Source: Candidatus Saccharimonadales bacterium (GTDB lineage Bacteria; Patescibacteriota; Saccharimonadia; Saccharimonadales; DATKHC01). Taken from it: a stretch of 53,190 nucleotides of DNA. Below are positions 46,901 to 53,190 of this stretch, one piece after another. The notes under the pieces were generated by a model. The model was not told where the DNA came from. It was given only the letters and a program-made list of their open reading frames with translations, and did no database searches. Position 1 is the first letter of the stretch. Every line of letters starts with the position of its first letter. The stretch covers positions 1 through 53,190 of the forward strand of contig DATKHC010000014.1 in NCBI GenBank assembly GCA_035510465.1. The letters run 5' to 3'. A program made the position numbers and the translations under genes.

Positions 46901-47555
46901 AGCTCAATTTTCCCTGATCTACGTGCGCAAAAGCCTCGTGAATCTGTTTTTCGTTCATTCCAAGTGCTTTTAGTAGAGTCGTGACAGGAATTTTACGTTT
47001 ACGGTCGATTTTGACATACAATACACCAGCTGTGGTGGTTTCAAATTCAAGCCAAGCTCCACGGTTTGGAATAACTTTGGCTCCGTATAGGTTAGTTGTG
47101 CCCTGGTTGTCGGCAGTGAAGAATACTCCGGATGAACGAATTAACTGACTTACAACAACTCGCTCAGCTCCATTGATAACGAAAGTACCCCGACTAGTCA
47201 TCCATGGGTAATCACCAAGGTATATCTCTTGCTCTTTAATTTCACCAGTAACTTTATTAGTAAGCTCGACTTTAGCTTTTAAGGGTGCCTCGAATGAGAC
47301 ATTATTTATCCGTGCTTCACCTTCTGTCATTTTCGGATCTTCGAAATGATAATCTTTGAATCTTAGTGACAACTTAGTGCCGGTATAGTCGTCGATTGGA
47401 CTAATTTCGGCAAATAAATCACTGAGTCCCTCTTCTACTAGCCATTTAAAGGACTTGCTCTGATGATCCACTAGGTTTGGTAAATCTAGTAGTTTATCAG
47501 TCTTACTAAAATATGTTCTGTTTGAAATGTCGCGCGTGGAGGTGACGCCTGCCAT
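43962..47555 (-). CDS. rpoB: RNA polymerase beta subunit with acidic C-terminal tail (ATG 47555; ORF track start 47561)
   Basis: SQLSQFM, GDKLAGRHGNKG, GQRFGEME. Confidence 0.99.
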   Translation of the reverse strand: MAGVTSTRDISNRTYFSKTDKLLDLPNLVDHQSKSFKWLVEEGLSDLFAEISPIDDYTGTKLSLRFKDYHFEDPKMTEGEARINNVSFEAPLKAKVELTNKVTGEIKEQEIYLGDYPWMTSRGTFVINGAERVVVSQLIRSSGVFFTADNQGTTNLYGAKVIPNRGAWLEFETTTAGVLYVKIDRKRKIPVTTLLKALGMNEKQIHEAFAHVDQGKLSYVDTTLKKDPARGTNDALIEIYRRLRPGDLATVENARSLIENMLYNFQRFDFSRVGRYKINKRLDLKVPNTIENRVMRLEDLIAIVAEIIRLNNTQDPADDIDSLANRRVKLVGELVQRQFRIGLLRMQRNTKDRMSMNEIETVTAAQLINARPVVAAVREFFAISQLSQFMEQINPLSELAHKRRLSSMGPGGLSRERAGFEVRDAHATHYGRICTVETPEGSNIGLVLNLAGYARINDFGFIETPYRKVVNAVTAKDAVGYVAAVNLETEKGKLIVAAGKKITAAAAKQLASVKNQVTWPVKARVTDEILFLDAAEEENAVIASADSALDEEGYFVDERVSARNRLVTGEVDSNQVTHLDATPNQTIGANATLIPFIEKDRVDRALVGANQQKQAVPLVNPVSPTIGTGFERTLALNTSQLIVAEENGVVTKAVADEVIVKYKNHSQTYYPLHFQRSNEGTSMNQKVVVSSGDKVVEGQPLIEGMSISGGELSLGRDVMVAFMPWNGYNFEDAIIISQRLVQEDVFTSINIMDFMVEVRETKLGPEIVTSDIPNVSDEVLRHLDEDGIVRIGAEVHPGDILVGKITPKGEQELSSEERLLRAIFGEKAKEVRDTSERMSNGKHGKVVGVKIFSRERGHELKSGVIMQIQVFVAQMRKIQVGDKLAGRHGNKGVIARVLPIADMPFLADGTPVDIVFNPMGVPSRMNIGQLFETHLGMAATALGLKIATPPFNGVSIEKIRELLGKAGLPEDGKQELYDGRSGEKFKERTVVGVMHVLKLEHMVTDKIHARSTGPYTMVTQQPLGGKAQNGGQRFGEMEVWALEAYGAAYSLQEMLTIKSDDVYGRSKAYESIIKGTEIVGPKVPESFNVLVKELQGLSLKVDLITSNKIVDAEEVLASSIEDEAKHASKVDVPDSEISGIDVTEDVSVNEFSVVGLDEPLPDDGTGGDAAQVSDDNIPLDDAAVISNIDEDLKEEQA

Positions 47556-47738
47556 AAGCAAATTACTCCCTATTAAACTTATTCACATTTTCTGTTGTTT
47601 TTTTAGTGCGCGAAGCTCACTACTAAGGGATTTTTGGTGTAACTTTTAGCAAAAACTAGCACTGCCCGACGTATTCTACTTCTTACATACTAGTTTGAGT
47701 AACTTGGCCTTAATTGTCAAGCTTTTTAGCAAAAAATC

Positions 47739-48455
47739 TCAATCTTTTCTGGGCGATGCTAAGGGCTTCTTTTTATTACTTTTCCAGTCATATGGATCAG
47801 CATTTCCGTTTACCCCATTAGAGGTACGCCTGGGCCTATCTGCCAAACCAACCACACGGCGACCACTTCCAGTCTTTACTGCGTGTTGTGGGCGTCTTAA
47901 TTCCCTTTCCGTGGCAGCATCGTCTCTCCTGTTCTGTCTTTCATCTAATATCTTTTTTCTTAGTAGAGCTGTGCTTTGTGCGGCAGGAGACCAGGGATCC
48001 ATACCTTGGTGATATGAGTGCCTAGCTCCTATGAAAGGACGCCTTCCAACCTCTTGTAGGGCAGCGCTCCCTATAGCCGCGGCTGCAGTCAGAGCAAGCC
48101 CAAGGCCATTCTCGTATGTTGCAGACGCTCCGACTACTGACAATGCAAGTGCGCCGGGCCAGTCAAGTAGTCCATCCACTAATCTTCTAATACGCCTGCT
48201 CCTGGTACCCTCATCGGCTTCTGCTTCCCTGATAATTTCCAGATCACCGTCTATAATATCGGCTTCAGTTACGACGTGGGGAGCTTCTGGCTCCTCGGTA
48301 ATGCCAGAGATCAGGCGTAAATGCCCAATCTTTATCTCGGGTTTAGGTATCGGGGCAGGAGGCGTTGGTACGTCTTGTTCCTCAATAGGACCTATTAAAT
48401 AATCTCGTTGTCTGCCGTTAGTACCTACTGACGAGACCCAATTTCCAAATTCCAT
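47739..48455 (-). CDS. Hypothetical membrane protein (ORFan)
   Basis: 238 aa; two hydrophobic Ala-rich helices; promoter TTGCAA-N16-TATGTT (48489-48462) 6 nt before ATG. Confidence 0.6.
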   Translation of the reverse strand: MEFGNWVSSVGTNGRQRDYLIGPIEEQDVPTPPAPIPKPEIKIGHLRLISGITEEPEAPHVVTEADIIDGDLEIIREAEADEGTRSRRIRRLVDGLLDWPGALALSVVGASATYENGLGLALTAAAAIGSAALQEVGRRPFIGARHSYHQGMDPWSPAAQSTALLRKKILDERQNRRDDAATERELRRPQHAVKTGSGRRVVGLADRPRRTSNGVNGNADPYDWKSNKKKPLASPRKD

Positions 48456-48511
48456 AACAATAACATACCATATAACTCTGATATTGCAAACTTAAGCGCT
48501 TTTTTTCTTAT

Positions 48512-49141
48512 CTATGGGGTTTTTAGATTCTTTATAACGCCGTCAACCAAACCGTATTCCTTAGCCTCACTGGCGCTCATGTAATAATCTCTTTCCATAT
48601 CGGCGTGCAACTTAGCTGGTTTCTGTCCGGTGTTTTTAGCCATTATCTCTTCGAGTTGTTTCTTAATCTTTAAGGATTCTTCTAGGTCAATTTCCATATC
48701 GGTAACCCGACCCCTTGCAGCAGAGGAAGGTTGGTGGATCATTACCTTACCATGCGGCAAGATAAAACGCTTGCCCTTTGCGCCACTACTAAGTAGAACT
48801 GCAGCAGCTGAAGCGGCAATACCAACGGATATGGTTTGTACATCCGATTTTACATAATTCATAGTGTCATAGATCGCTAGGGCACTATAAACACTTCCGC
48901 CTGGACTATTGATGTATATGGAGATATCCTTTTTCGAGTTTTCACTATCAAGGAATAACAGTTGGGCTACAACCAGGTTAGCGACGTGATCGTCAATGGG
49001 GGAACCTAAGAAGATAATTCTATCCTTTAGTAGCCTAGAGTAAATATCATAAGCTCGTTCAATTCGACCATCACTTTCAATAACTGTAGGGATTAAAATT
49101 TGGCTTGTTGGGTTTAGCATATTAGCTGGTTCTCCATTCAT
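48512..49141 (-). CDS. clpP: ATP-dependent Clp protease proteolytic subunit (ATG 49141 preferred; ORF track start 49171)
   Basis: [27 protein letters not shown] (Ser), MIHQP (His), ERD (Asp). Confidence 0.97.
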   Translation of the reverse strand: MNGEPANMLNPTSQILIPTVIESDGRIERAYDIYSRLLKDRIIFLGSPIDDHVANLVVAQLLFLDSENSKKDISIYINSPGGSVYSALAIYDTMNYVKSDVQTISVGIAASAAAVLLSSGAKGKRFILPHGKVMIHQPSSAARGRVTDMEIDLEESLKIKKQLEEIMAKNTGQKPAKLHADMERDYYMSASEAKEYGLVDGVIKNLKTP

Positions 49142-49160
49142 AATATATATGATAACTTTA

Positions 49161-49187
49161 TTAGCACTCACTAGTCAAGAGTGCTAA
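49161..49187. promoter_or_regulatory. Perfect CIRCE element (HrcA operator) overlapping the clpP -35 box
   Basis: TTAGCACTC-ACTAGTCAA-GAGTGCTAA; on the minus strand TTGACT lies in the spacer and TATCAT at 49154-49149. Confidence 0.93.
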
Positions 49188-49206
49188 TTTACAGATACAT
49201 CTAGTG

Positions 49207-50157
49207 TTATTCTGACCCTTCAGGCCTATCGCCATCGTCTTTATCAAGCGTATTCGATGCGACCCTTTTTAACAGCTTCTCCACGTTAGCGCGTATAACT
49301 TCCTCAAGTCCTAGCCCAAGCGACCTATTGGCGATAAACGCTATCTCTAAATAAATCTGTCCAATTAGTTCTCCGGCTTGTCGGCTCTGCTCGTCGAAAC
49401 TAGATCCTGTCATATTCTCGGTATAACCGTCTTCTAGCCGCCCAAATTGTGCTCTAGACCCGTTAATCAGTTGGAGACACCAACCCGCCAGGTTTCCAAA
49501 GTGGCCAATTTCATCATCCTCTTCCTCGTCAGCATCGTAGACATTCATTACGGGTGACCTTAAAGGTTCAAAGCCTTCTTCAATCACTTCATCTACGTCT
49601 CTTATGTATGCTTGTTCAAACTTAACGGCCAGATCTGCTACTGGTTGTCTCCACCTAGGTTTAATGACCTGGGATGACTTAAAGTACTGTGCGCCCATTA
49701 GGTACCTAAATAACCTGACTTTTAGGCCTGAATCAATATCCGCGTTGACGCAGCACGCCAGAGTTGTAACACACCAGAGTACATCGCCACATTCAAGCAA
49801 CACTTCGTTTCTTGATTCCGGAGTATCTACGCCTTCGCGTTCAAGCGTAAACATTGCTGTAGCTAACTCACCAACTTCTTCTCTTAACTTTTCTCCAAAA
49901 CGTTCGACTGCAGCAAAAGTGCCTTGTTCTTCCTTCCAGGCCGTTTCAGCCCAACGTTGATAATCTAGGATACTTGCGAAAGGATTCTCGAGTAATACTG
50001 TTTTCAACTCATCAGGATCCACATCTACGTCACCGCGGTAGTACAAACCATCGTTAAATACGGGGGGAGATAGTTCTCGAGCATGTGTGCTTGTGTATAC
50101 ATGCTCATCCAGTGGTTCAATTCCACTATATCCACCTGGTCTATTATGAAATACCAT
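49207..50157 (-). CDS. MazG-like all-alpha NTP pyrophosphohydrolase with internal expansion
   Basis: YQRWA..TA, LREEVGEL, LLECGDVLW, and C-terminal LEEVIRANVEKL..R. Confidence 0.7.
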   Translation of the reverse strand: MVFHNRPGGYSGIEPLDEHVYTSTHARELSPPVFNDGLYYRGDVDVDPDELKTVLLENPFASILDYQRWAETAWKEEQGTFAAVERFGEKLREEVGELATAMFTLEREGVDTPESRNEVLLECGDVLWCVTTLACCVNADIDSGLKVRLFRYLMGAQYFKSSQVIKPRWRQPVADLAVKFEQAYIRDVDEVIEEGFEPLRSPVMNVYDADEEEDDEIGHFGNLAGWCLQLINGSRAQFGRLEDGYTENMTGSSFDEQSRQAGELIGQIYLEIAFIANRSLGLGLEEVIRANVEKLLKRVASNTLDKDDGDRPEGSE

Positions 50158-50269
50158 TTTCTTATATATATCATATTTCTGTAATTATTCAACTGTCATG
50201 GGATAGTCACCATACGCTAGCCAGACACATTGACAGTATCTAGCAGAGACATCCAGTACTTAAAAGAAC

Positions 50270-51556
50270 CTAGGATGACATTAGAGATATGATATGTCGG
50301 ATGGTTTTTTCAGCCATTATTCTACTTGCAACGCCCCTTTTGGTTTCGTCTTTAGATAGTTCGTCTTGTGATTTCTCGTCAGTATACTGTTTCCTCATAA
50401 GATCAATACGACCATCAATTTCTTGATTTAAAACCGTGATTCCTTCTCGCTGGCTAATCTCGGATAAAACAATGCTTGCTTTTACTTGTCCTTCAGCTTG
50501 AGGTTTTAATTCAGACTTTCTAAATTCTTCTTCTGTTTTACCTTCGGTTTCAAGAAATTCAGCTATAGTTTGCCCTCTGTAGAGAAGATTTTGTTTGAGA
50601 TCGCTAAACTTGCGCTCTATCTCTTCATCAACCAGTATGTCAGGAATGGAAAGCTTTGACTTGTCTGTAATCTGCTTTAATATTTCCGACTCGTAAGCCA
50701 TCTCAGATTGGTCACGATTTTCTTGGGTCAACCGAGCCTTAATATCTGCTTCAAGCTCATCAACTGTCTTAAAAGGACTAACTTTTGCAACAAAATCTGG
50801 GTCAAGTTTAACTTTCGCAATCTCCTCAACCTTAATAATATGGACAGAGAAAGTTACTTGTTTGCTGGCAAGAGCAGCTATTCGGTAATCTTTAGGAAAT
50901 TTGAGCTCGAATTTCTTATCCTCATCGGCCTTTAAGCCTATCAAATTAGTTTCAAATCCTGGGATGAAATTGTCACTACCGAGCACTAGAGGATAGTTCT
51001 TGCCTGATCCTCCATTTATCGGTTTACCGGATTTATCTGTACCATAAAAATCAAACCAGACCTGATCACCTACCTTAGCAGCTCTTTTTACTTCAGATCT
51101 ATCGGCTACCGACGTTTGCAGTTGGGATATAACCTTCGTGATGTCGTCAGCAGTTACAGGTTTAACCGTCGGCTTAGAGATTTTCATATTCCTATAGTCT
51201 GGAATAGTAACATCGCTTATAACCATCTGATTAACCTTAAACTCCAAAACATCAAACGGCACTACCTTCATAACTTCTATCTTCGGTTGCCCAACGGGTC
51301 GGATGTTCTCCTCTTGAGTGGCGTTGTAATAGAGTTGATTTATAGAGTGTTCTAAAAACTCTCTGTTTAGTTGATCACGATCAACGTTTTTCTCGACTAT
51401 ATTTAGCGGGACCTTACCCTGTCTAAATCCAGACACTTTAACTGAGCCCACAAAATCTTTCAGAACATGCTCCTTAACCTTGGCTAGCTCCTCAGGTTCT
51501 GCGGTTATATAAAGTTCAACTTCAGTTTCTGATTTTTGGGTACGTTTAATCTTCAT
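50270..51556 (-). CDS. tig: Trigger factor
   Basis: GFRQGKVP, LGSDNFIPGFE..L.G. Confidence 0.96.
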   Translation of the reverse strand: MKIKRTQKSETEVELYITAEPEELAKVKEHVLKDFVGSVKVSGFRQGKVPLNIVEKNVDRDQLNREFLEHSINQLYYNATQEENIRPVGQPKIEVMKVVPFDVLEFKVNQMVISDVTIPDYRNMKISKPTVKPVTADDITKVISQLQTSVADRSEVKRAAKVGDQVWFDFYGTDKSGKPINGGSGKNYPLVLGSDNFIPGFETNLIGLKADEDKKFELKFPKDYRIAALASKQVTFSVHIIKVEEIAKVKLDPDFVAKVSPFKTVDELEADIKARLTQENRDQSEMAYESEILKQITDKSKLSIPDILVDEEIERKFSDLKQNLLYRGQTIAEFLETEGKTEEEFRKSELKPQAEGQVKASIVLSEISQREGITVLNQEIDGRIDLMRKQYTDEKSQDELSKDETKRGVASRIMAEKTIRHIISLMSS

Positions 51557-51578
51557 AGATTTTAAACTTTAACAGATA

Positions 51579-52907
51579 TCAACTGAGCAGGCCATCTTTT
51601 CGAGAAGTCCTATTGTCTTTAACGATGGATACAATCCTCTCAATCGAGTGCTTCTCCTCTTCGCCGGTTTGTAGGTTTTTGAGTGTATATTGCTCCGAGT
51701 CCAACTCTTTCTCGCCAATGATAAGGACGAATTTATAGCTCTGCTTACTAGCTGATTTCAGTTGTTTATCTAGTTTGGAACCAGAACTGTCAACGGCAAT
51801 ATTTATACCCATACCCCTAATGTCTTTTAAGAGTGGCTGGGCTTTTAAGTAAACATCACCTGCAAGGGCCACAAAAAGATCAACCCCGAGGGTTAATTTT
51901 GGCGTAAGCCCGTGTGCTTCAATAAAGTTCGCTAACGACACATCACCCATTCCAAATCCGACTGAATCTACTGGTCTCGCCCCAAATAGTTCAACCAATC
52001 CTTGGTAACGTCCTCCACCAAACATTGAACGGTTATTCGAAGGATCCGTATCATAAACCTCAAATACAATGTCACTGTAGTAGTCAAAGCCTCTCATAAG
52101 AGTGATATCAAAATCGAAGTTCTTTATTTTTGACTTTTCAAGCATCGTGAATAATCTTTGTAAGTTGGCGACTGATTCATAGCTCTTAAGATCTGCTGGT
52201 AGGTCGTAGATGGAGTTAACTTTGAGCAAATTTAGTAACTTCTTGCCGGTTCCGGCCTCTCGCTGCGATGGATTTATTAGCATGTCCACTTCGGTAGCAA
52301 ACTCTGCATACTCTATTTTGTGCATATGATCGATAAGTTTCATTAGACCGCTAACTTGGGTTGCTTCAAGCTCCAAGTAATCGATTAGTATGTGATTGAT
52401 TAATTTGCGGCTGTTTACCTTAATACTGTAGTTAGATGATTTGGCTCCATATGCCTTCAAAATCGAATCAGCAATCGCAATAATCTCATGGTCGCCCTCT
52501 ATGCCTGCTACCCCGAACAGATCAACATTTAGTTGCCAGTGCTCTCTTAATCTGCCTTTTTGAGGCCTTTCATAACGCCAGACATTAGCTATACAGTACC
52601 AACGCAGTGGGTACGCCAAATCTTGTCTTTTCGCAGCTAGGATCCTGCTTACACTCGGTGTCATCTCAGGCCTAATGACGACTTTTCGTCCACCTCTGTC
52701 ATCAAATACATAAGTTTGATCATTGACTATCTCACTACTGGTTTTTGCGAGATACATCTCAAGCGGTTCAATTAAAGGAGTCTCGTATTCTTGGTAGCCA
52801 TAGCGTTCAACTACCTTTCTCATGACGGAGAAAAGGTAGTTCTGGAACCGCTTATCTTCAGGGTAGAAGTCTCGTGTGCCTTTGTATGGGTTAGTCGATA
52901 ATGCCAT
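51579..52907 (-). CDS. hisS: Histidine-tRNA ligase
   Basis: KGTRDF, RPEMTP, WRYERPQKGRLRE, RGFDYY, GGGRY. Confidence 0.98.
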   Translation of the reverse strand: MALSTNPYKGTRDFYPEDKRFQNYLFSVMRKVVERYGYQEYETPLIEPLEMYLAKTSSEIVNDQTYVFDDRGGRKVVIRPEMTPSVSRILAAKRQDLAYPLRWYCIANVWRYERPQKGRLREHWQLNVDLFGVAGIEGDHEIIAIADSILKAYGAKSSNYSIKVNSRKLINHILIDYLELEATQVSGLMKLIDHMHKIEYAEFATEVDMLINPSQREAGTGKKLLNLLKVNSIYDLPADLKSYESVANLQRLFTMLEKSKIKNFDFDITLMRGFDYYSDIVFEVYDTDPSNNRSMFGGGRYQGLVELFGARPVDSVGFGMGDVSLANFIEAHGLTPKLTLGVDLFVALAGDVYLKAQPLLKDIRGMGINIAVDSSGSKLDKQLKSASKQSYKFVLIIGEKELDSEQYTLKNLQTGEEEKHSIERIVSIVKDNRTSRKDGLLS

Positions 52908-53060
52908 GGATCTTTAGAATAGCTTAACTTGATCTGTTTTACAGCTTATTAATATCAGGTTTAATGATAACTCGAAACGATAGAGTTTAGCTATATATAG
53001 ATCATATGTATTTTTGAATTCATCAACGATGTGGTTATGAAGTACTGGTGCGTAATTAGC

Positions 53061-53189
53061 TCAGGACCTTTGCAACATTTCAGCGGGTGTTCGGTACTGT
53101 AAGCTAGAGTGTAATCTTTCATGGTTGTAGTAAGCAAGATAGTCTTCTAACTGGTTATGTATTGTCTCTGGTTTAGGGAATGATCTATG
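53061..53189 (-). mobile_element. 3' end of an IS3/IS481-type integrase-core transposase (truncated by window end)
   Basis: Manual translation: HRSFPKPETIHNQLEDYLAYYNHERLHSSLQYRTPAEMLQRS*; YN..R.HSSL.Y.TP is the rve C-terminal motif. Confidence 0.8.
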
Positions 53190-53190
53190 T

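Noticed and set aside
47606-47624. Intrinsic terminator upstream of rpoB
   Set aside because: The hairpin is followed by an A-tract on the transcribed strand, not a U-tract; at most it is a leader hairpin.
3521-51355. Many short antisense or alternative-frame ORFs over core genes (e.g. 3521-3862, 21538-21924, 37997-38377, 47695-48012)
   Set aside because: They are shadows of well-supported genes, with no motifs or start signals.
1-53190. Alternative genetic code 25 (UGA=Gly)
   Set aside because: Core genes translate full length in code 11, and rpoB and hisS end at TGA with proper C-termini.

Overview
This is a compact, AT-rich bacterial chromosome segment read in standard code 11 (TGA ends rpoB and hisS; tRNA-Trp has a CCA anticodon). 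It is most likely from Patescibacteria (CPR), class Saccharimonadia. That assignment is an inference from the lack of rpmD/L30 between S5 and L15, long charged tails on ribosomal proteins, and ORFans interleaved in core operons. Almost everything lies on the minus strand. Bases 16.6-52.9 kb hold the core information-processing block: hisS, tig, clpP, rpoBC, the str operon, the S10-spc-alpha operons, rplM-rpsI, trpS, an RluA-family enzyme and holB. Bases 1-16.6 kb hold the tRNA-Thr/Tyr/Thr-rpmG-tRNA-Trp-secE-nusG-rplK-rplA cluster, broken up by accessory genes: toxin-antitoxin genes, NUDIX, PRTase and phosphatase genes, an internally deleted IS30, and a diverged second tRNA-Thr-rpmG copy. The strongest signal is a coordinated loss of structural zinc sites. 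All eight Zn-ligand cysteines of RNA polymerase beta' are replaced, delta' (HolB) lacks its C4 Zn module, and L33, L36, S4 and S14 are all Zn-free (C-minus) forms. Other notable features: a perfect CIRCE over the clpP promoter, a three-copy hairpin with a conserved loop downstream of accessory ORFs, direct-repeat pairs bracketing single genes, many promoter-equipped near-leaderless ORFans, and rifampicin-pocket substitutions in RpoB. All calls are by eye from motifs. No database search was run, so novelty is unverified.
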